From positions 1-64,000 of IMG/VR virus record IMGVR_UViG_3300025759_000076: 64,000 bases of DNA. One strand, given 5' to 3'. This document shows, in pieces, positions 61,001 through 64,000 of the stretch (positions are counted from its first letter, which is position 1; every line of letters starts with the position of its first letter). Position numbers and translations under genes: made by a program. Under the pieces are notes generated by a model, which was not told where the DNA came from, did no database searches, and saw only the letters and a program-made list of their open reading frames with translations. The DNA is from a virus.

Positions 61001-63998
61001 CACTAATCAACCAATCAGTATCCTCATTTACATCCACATAAAATTCGTCTGTTACTATACCATTATTTGTAATCTCAGCTTCAGTATCTGTCCACGCAAG
61101 AACGAATACTGGAGTGGTAATATTTTCTTCAATCGGAGATTCGATTATAAAAAGTTCCTGAAAATCTTCAACAAAAGTCTTATCGTAAGATGCTGCAGCC
61201 CCTTCAACGGTTACTGTAATTGGTGGATAGTTGAAAGAACCCAATCCTTCATTACTAAAGTTAATGATAATACCGTTGTCGAAATAATAATCTGTTGCAA
61301 CGGGATCAACTCCAACCTTTGTCAGGGAGAATGCATCGTCATTAACTTTGACAACATAATAATCAGCAGTTTCGGATAATCCAATAACCCTATCACCAGT
61401 CTCAGGTCTCGTATATCTTATAATTTCTTTTGATTCATAACCATGATTTACAATCTCGACTTGATTAGATACCGTATTAACACCTACGGCAGGAATTGTT
61501 CTTCTTTTGTTCTCGTAGTTTTGTCCTGGATTAGTAATTACGACAGAAGATACAACTTGTTTTAGATCTGATGCAACAAAGTATTGTGTACCGGAACCAT
61601 ATTTGGTAAGATTGACCGTGTTAATACCAACAAAGGCATCACCTTCAGTGATATGAAGTTTAATTGCAGTTCGACTAACAACTTTAGTATAGTAAGAACC
61701 TCCAGTGGAAAGTCCCGTAATGATCTTGTCTCCTCTTGGTTCATAGATTATCTCTTCGCCATCCAAAAACTTATGGTCACTTGGGAAAGTAATTGTATTA
61801 TTGACAAGATCAACTTGAGATGGAAAGTCTGAAAAGAATGAATTTTCATGTTTGATTGAAATCATTCTTGGTTCAGCTTGAGCACCAAACCCATTACCAC
61901 CACTAATGGAGATTGTGGGTGGTTCATAATAACCAAGACCGGAATCTATGACATCAAGTCTTATGAGTGACCCTTTTACATTACAGAATCCAGTGGCACC
62001 ATATCCAACTTCATCCTTAATTGACAATACGGGTGGATTAATAATGTCATATCCACTACCACCAGCGGTCATGGACAAAGTATTGATCGTACCATAATAA
62101 ACACTACTTTGTGCTTTGTAGTTTAATAGTTCAACACCATTAACAAACATACCGGTATAGCCGGCTCTAGTACTATAATTCCTGTCATCATTGATTGGTT
62201 CTAAAATCTGTCTATACAGACCTTGAGGTTCGATGTTTTTATCGTAGAAATCTAGATATGCAAGAGAAGCATCAACTACAGAACCATTAAATGTAATATA
62301 GATTTTTCTAGATAGGTCAGCTTTACTTCTAGAAAGTTTAATAGTCTCCTCATCAACTCTAAAAACAAAATACGATGCTGATGGCATACCCTCAAAACCA
62401 TTTCCGGCAGAGGTAAAATACACTGCATCACCAGTATAATACCCGTGATCAGGTCTTGATGTTGGGTTAACTGGTAATTTTAGTTCATCTGTTAAACGAA
62501 GATTTGCACTAAAAGTTATTTTCTTGTCATATGGATTAGTTTCAAGGTTATCATAGTTTGCAATAGAGTTTGATGCAATGACTAAATCATTATTATACTT
62601 AGAATATGTGTTCTGAACATTCGCAATATAGTCATTCAAGTAAGGATAGACCTGAGATTCACCTTTCAATGTCTGATTTTCGATTACAAACTGACCTTTT
62701 AGGTTAATTTGCTGTGAAAAAGTTACTATAATACTTGTTGAAGAAAGAACTCTGGAAACTGTACCAAAAATAGAGTAAGTTCCGTCGAAATTTTCATATC
62801 TTACGGCATAACCCTCTCTTAAAAAGTGGTCTTTTGCAAATTCGAACTCATATACAAAGGCATTTGCGTCAATAACACTAGATTTTATAACATCCCAGTT
62901 AGTTTTTACATTTAAGACGTAATTATTTGACTTTTTCGTGTCAGATTCCCATCCAAGAGACTTCAGTTCTATGGTATCGTGCGGTTTGTAGTAAGAATTG
63001 GGCCCGTTGGGGATAAAATCCTTCACTGCAGAAGTAAATCTGACTCTTATCTCCTGACTGGTGTCAATACCAACGTACGCATACGAATATGTGTCTAAAG
63101 TTATGTCAGTTTTCTTTGCAATTTGACCAATAATACCACTTGTATTAAAAAATTGGTTTAGAGTCTTGCCAGTATATGCAATTGATATTTCATTATCATC
63201 AATATCCAATACACTAAGACTACCAAACTCGGGAAAACCGATTGTAGAGTCAACATCAATGATAGTTGAACCAACACTTACGTCATTTAAGACTTTTGTG
63301 AGTGGATTTGACTTGAATTGTCCGTAGATAGAACCACTTACATCACTATCTCGGTCAAAACCGGAGTCAATACTGATCTGATAGAACTGAAAATTCTCAT
63401 AAGGTATCTGTTGAACGTTAGTAACAGAACCTCGGGCACTAGTTAGGTCTTGATATATCGTAAGATTCTTCAAATCAAGAGGATCACCTTGAAGTTGTTC
63501 TACGATAAAGTCTTTAGTGACCTTATAATTTGCATTAGATGGTGTAAAAAGAAATCTTGATGGACGAATAAGCTCTACATCTTCCCCATATAGTGCTCGG
63601 AAGAGTATTTCGTAAGATTGTTCAGTACCTTTTGACTTATAAAAACTATCAGAGTTGATTATAAAGTTTCTTTTATCCAATCCTGTATAGAAATTCCTAT
63701 CAGTAAACCCTGGAGTTACCTGTCTCTTGAGTTTAGTGAGAAATTCTTTGAGAAAAAGTATGTTTAAATTCTTAACAGTTGCACCGGTGGTGTGAGATTC
63801 TGCAATTGTTGAAGAAAATGTCAGTTCATCGGGTGAACCAGAAGTAATATATGTTGTAACTCCACTAAAACCTCTAGAACACTCTACAAAGGTATTCGAA
63901 GTTTTGGATTGATATAATATAATTTCGTTATCAATTTGAATGATACCATTATTATCTGAAAATCCTTCAGTAGAACTTACAACAATAGTAGTGTCAAC
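52092..63998 (-). CDS. gp7: Giant baseplate wedge initiator (5' end beyond window, >3960 aa)
   Basis: Frame stays open past 63680 to the window edge; FY.SKGT..S..ILFR.LYG, HSPIVGWAYDGNPIYGPYG (YHYH-like), YYQNFSY..KS, LNHTAGF. Confidence 0.88.
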   Translation of the reverse strand, partial: VDTTIVVSSTEGFSDNNGIIQIDNEIILYQSKTSNTFVECSRGFSGVTTYITSGSPDELTFSSTIAESHTTGATVKNLNILFLKEFLTKLKRQVTPGFTDRNFYTGLDKRNFIINSDSFYKSKGTEQSYEILFRALYGEDVELIRPSRFLFTPSNANYKVTKDFIVEQLQGDPLDLKNLTIYQDLTSARGSVTNVQQIPYENFQFYQISIDSGFDRDSDVSGSIYGQFKSNPLTKVLNDVSVGSTIIDVDSTIGFPEFGSLSVLDIDDNEISIAYTGKTLNQFFNTSGIIGQIAKKTDITLDTYSYAYVGIDTSQEIRVRFTSAVKDFIPNGPNSYYKPHDTIELKSLGWESDTKKSNNYVLNVKTNWDVIKSSVIDANAFVYEFEFAKDHFLREGYAVRYENFDGTYSIFGTVSRVLSSTSIIVTFSQQINLKGQFVIENQTLKGESQVYPYLNDYIANVQNTYSKYNNDLVIASNSIANYDNLETNPYDKKITFSANLRLTDELKLPVNPTSRPDHGYYTGDAVYFTSAGNGFEGMPSASYFVFRVDEETIKLSRSKADLSRKIYITFNGSVVDASLAYLDFYDKNIEPQGLYRQILEPINDDRNYSTRAGYTGMFVNGVELLNYKAQSSVYYGTINTLSMTAGGSGYDIINPPVLSIKDEVGYGATGFCNVKGSLIRLDVIDSGLGYYEPPTISISGGNGFGAQAEPRMISIKHENSFFSDFPSQVDLVNNTITFPSDHKFLDGEEIIYEPRGDKIITGLSTGGSYYTKVVSRTAIKLHITEGDAFVGINTVNLTKYGSGTQYFVASDLKQVVSSVVITNPGQNYENKRRTIPAVGVNTVSNQVEIVNHGYESKEIIRYTRPETGDRVIGLSETADYYVVKVNDDAFSLTKVGVDPVATDYYFDNGIIINFSNEGLGSFNYPPITVTVEGAAASYDKTFVEDFQELFIIESPIEENITTPVFVLAWTDTEAEITNNGIVTDEFYVDVNEDTDWLISDTPFIGNILLYDAKLQPIFRGSIETIDLTSNGVGYGSSDIIDFVRQPEITFDAGINAKLTPIINNGEIVEVVVNTPGSGYNSPPDLQIVSETGNYAVLIPIIENGSIKNIIISKGGVGYVSGKTSVNVVPPGGGARVNANIQAWNLNLFEKNFNNILDDDGVIEENLSNKSLEYCATYLPRPLRRTLNVINGFDKDNERYGTFDLSFDPQTGGEISNTYHSPIVGWAYDGNPIYGPYGFKNIDGTGDISRMKSGYKLQRVQKSRPPYDSFPNGFFTNDYIFTGEGDLDIHNGRFCVTPDYPNGIYAYFCTISEGNDSGGPFNNYRRPVFPYVIGDTYKSTPIPFNFLARSNQTDYDIEDKGWFRNTKYYYTNGGQSGYDYIFNSNTVRKQTIDVTATSAGSIDAVTILDQGSGYRVNDKVIFNNTKTNGSNLNVKVSQVGGKKVDNVSLATTSIEDVEIYSNSSSNSNEFIGLTSAPHSFLPGNIIYIDGLSDTYKNLQGSYSVGVSSDRWYTSLGISTGPVTGIVTYVYVSGSLDESIIEPDDILRIESEKLKVLNIDKLSSRIRVIRGYDNTFAVVHSAGTLVRNDPRKLAFTATGIVTTKELTTNRQLYFQPNEAIGLGTETVGTATTLVFANPGVGQTQQRVDQQQIYIPDHRLGLNTPIIYYTNGGTSISAWSGITSSNIFQLESNRNLFAVPINKDVIGIATVRVGIDSISGQYVGVNSETGGLLYFTTSVGLGSYHSFKTNIPSVLNGRFSKNVVTVSTASTHGIKPGDSITSEVKPITTTEISVVYDDYNRRMVFDPDTIEPVGINTVSNTFTVPENKYQIGDKVIYSSIVPDPSLSNKGLYYVYVFKNDQIKLVEYASELGKENPTFVNIGTAHTTTISRINPAIKVQKNQNLKFNLSDNSLSFVSAGTKFAAFDMFVYSDLSYANKFWIAPNSDSFEVTKSGTVGIDTNANLTLYVSENIPTNLWYNFEVDNIDINLPVKMRKYTDTSVYNNNQINVTDNKFDGRYNVVGVTSMTFDYNIPYNRDTTNSYDPTNAILSYTTNSSNTVGPISRLTILNGGRGYRSLPGFTSVRSSTGTGALLQPSSTTIGNIISTKVNYIGFGYPSDTTLNASGNLPEILRIEPLATFKSIGISSTGLNYYEAPELVVVDSVSKLQITDVKLVYDLDDTEVTIVENTISLNNVTPEIIPINNSNGFGISSISYNSASKIVRLSLSKQFSDPQDWPFKVGETVIVENIAIGFNTTGKGYNSENYDYALFTLTATDSNLGGSGSYIEYDLSDYLGEGEFPGEVTNFTVGKVTPKTYFPIFDIKLKISDFFDGEKVSNEDSVGIVERWDPVSEYLFVSTNSDFEVGSIIESETSQIKSIVRSKIDFNSTITIGTGTTFIDGWQSNSGFLNDNLQVIPNNEYYQNFSYSLKSRIPYKTWDDPVSSLNHTAGFDKFADLVIDNNAASDTSPKEVTIDTVVDLIGEGNLYCFPDFDGATETTIDVVNGKTVSDQIIFENRILLDYFESRGNRVLELDDISSQFNSNARDTRYSIVDFFDNKFYFNKFFTLVQDREVRNRKQSSIVSVVQDGTRGYINQYGTLDTAMSLGYFDYIGAGTSTWGLTFYPTLFKYNNYDISYFTFSGLNNVTGIGTQQIGNVVKISTASTNVSVATTTNLVSISSTYRAAKLLIQMEDAENNYYGNELNILHDGTNVTTLQYGANDNKVGLAGLPSSGFGTYNAYISGGLVKVDIIPTVGTAVTANVSIVSIADNSASGVSTSNLVVTNLSSYSKSITSSGTPVENIVASYSSPFNSEYFIVSVEDTTNNEYEMFEVNVLDNDTVNRIVKYGDIRTNVGLGTVGVTNSSTETHLVYTPNPNINVEVRAFGISLKNFNNIVGISSIDLNNNILFSEYGTYTGTEFDKKTSFKLQSNNLDVFQRSFVGNSTSVVNTTGNQVILEDHFFVTGEKVTYDYENSILSTANAIGIGTTSVAGVSTDKLPSTLYIVKYSEKSVGFAKSATDALSAVPVVFDLTSIGIGTFHKITATNQNARALLAIDNMVQSPVTEVNIETQLSESIVFDVDFDVVGVTSFKANDLLKIDNEIMLVQNTGVSSENSLKVLRAQMGTQVASHNIGTSVNLLGGNYNIVDNTVHFASAPFGATPIGTTTAGPDNVDWTGVTTYSSFQGRTFMRSGILNDDLDTYATNYTFDNIQSGFNGQRSVFTLTQNGENLVGFATNKAIVLNSNILQEPLGGQITSGDYSFLEVAGVTSITYLGDSISSEEDPNKASIPRGGTIISVGSTSGSGFQPLVGAGASVFVNSGTISAISIGNSGSGYRTGIQTNVGVGIITSSTGDVRVIGIGTANIVDGHVDSIDLYNLGSNLDSGNPPIVVIDKPLGYSNIPLVYSSNSAPGVGTGARVDIIVGQGSSVINFDIVSGGFGYNVGDKLNIAIGGTTGINTDSSLPFIPFELSVTDVYRDTFNGFTIGELEVFDSINELFDGLATKFPLTIANQQFAIEAKKGSNINLAQALIITINDVLQVPEISYTFTGGGYVEFTEPPRKGDTCKIIFYKGTPDVDVVFVDILETVKIGDTLQLKNDIAKGQTFGLYQDPRVVTGITTLDTVTTLAYNGPGVTKNTALVRPVTWCKQTDDITINGDFVTKDRIDQEPYIYPTAYLTSYVGFTSTSGYVDSIIPLFNSRSETNLLDYQDKVVIIDQGNIDVATATASTGTGGIITSFTVSNVGAGYSYLTTPVVSVSLPDELNGTRATGIASVTGDGVVSISVSNAGTGYTQAPNVLIQQPSIRREKIGITSYFGDYGNIVGYAHSDINTAFIELHIPEDSYMRDASIVGFAVTVSQLSPGDFFVVNESNVGIFTDNNFDGIYYVKNAENITKNLSSIGLGVTVVRRIEFTSQGYSSGSGTFDNSRIFGEYTWGKLQFINRVPTMALEFFPEGYSGLSSSPLVQRFEPLKFNNYNV

Positions 63999-64000
63999 AG

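Noticed and set aside
1274-61832. Numerous short plus-strand and alternate-frame ORFs nested in large genes (e.g. 2215-2667, 22621-23031, 29580-30068, 33558-34064, 48025-48468)
   Set aside because: Antisense or off-frame shadows of well-supported core genes; no recognisable motifs
63678-63680. TTG start for gp7
   Set aside because: The frame remains open to the window edge, so the true start lies outside the window
1-64000. tRNA, rRNA, CRISPR arrays, group I introns, integrase
   Set aside because: None recognised by eye; intergenic gaps are short and largely accounted for. tRNAscan-SE and Infernal were not run

Overview
64-kb core segment of a T4-like cyanomyovirus (Synechococcus/Prochlorococcus-type phage), almost entirely encoded on the minus strand. 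Reading in the direction of transcription (right to left): a virion block (gp7, short gp9/10-like ORF, gp8, a 2533-aa VrlC/DUF4815-type structural protein, gp13-16, a variable gp16-gp17 interval, gp17-gp23, gp3), then a replication/recombination/transcription block (uvsY, uvsW, gp55, gp47, gp46, VWA/peptidase plus cobS-like AAA pair, gp45, gp44, gp62, regA, hsp20, gp43, uvsX). Main observations: (1) the large terminase gp17 is broken into two ORFs by an atypically split intein (28-aa IntN, 103-aa IntC), separated only by an in-frame TGA plus 6 nt; (2) several homing-endonuclease insertions and scars, including relic copies of a gp44-like 3' end (ECEFK*), a GIY-YIG-like stub before gp43, and a late-promoter-in-hairpin translational switch; (3) two candidate late-promoter-to-terminator small RNAs flanking hsp20, near regA and Sm-like paralogues; (4) a probable head-internal polyprotein of basic modules separated by prohead-protease-type sites, next to a protein carrying a T4-like capsid targeting sequence; (5) an AACTGT motif with an identical 33-nt spacer to the -10 box at three promoters. 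No tRNA, rRNA or CRISPR array was seen. All calls rest on manual motif recognition and T4-like synteny; no database searches were run.
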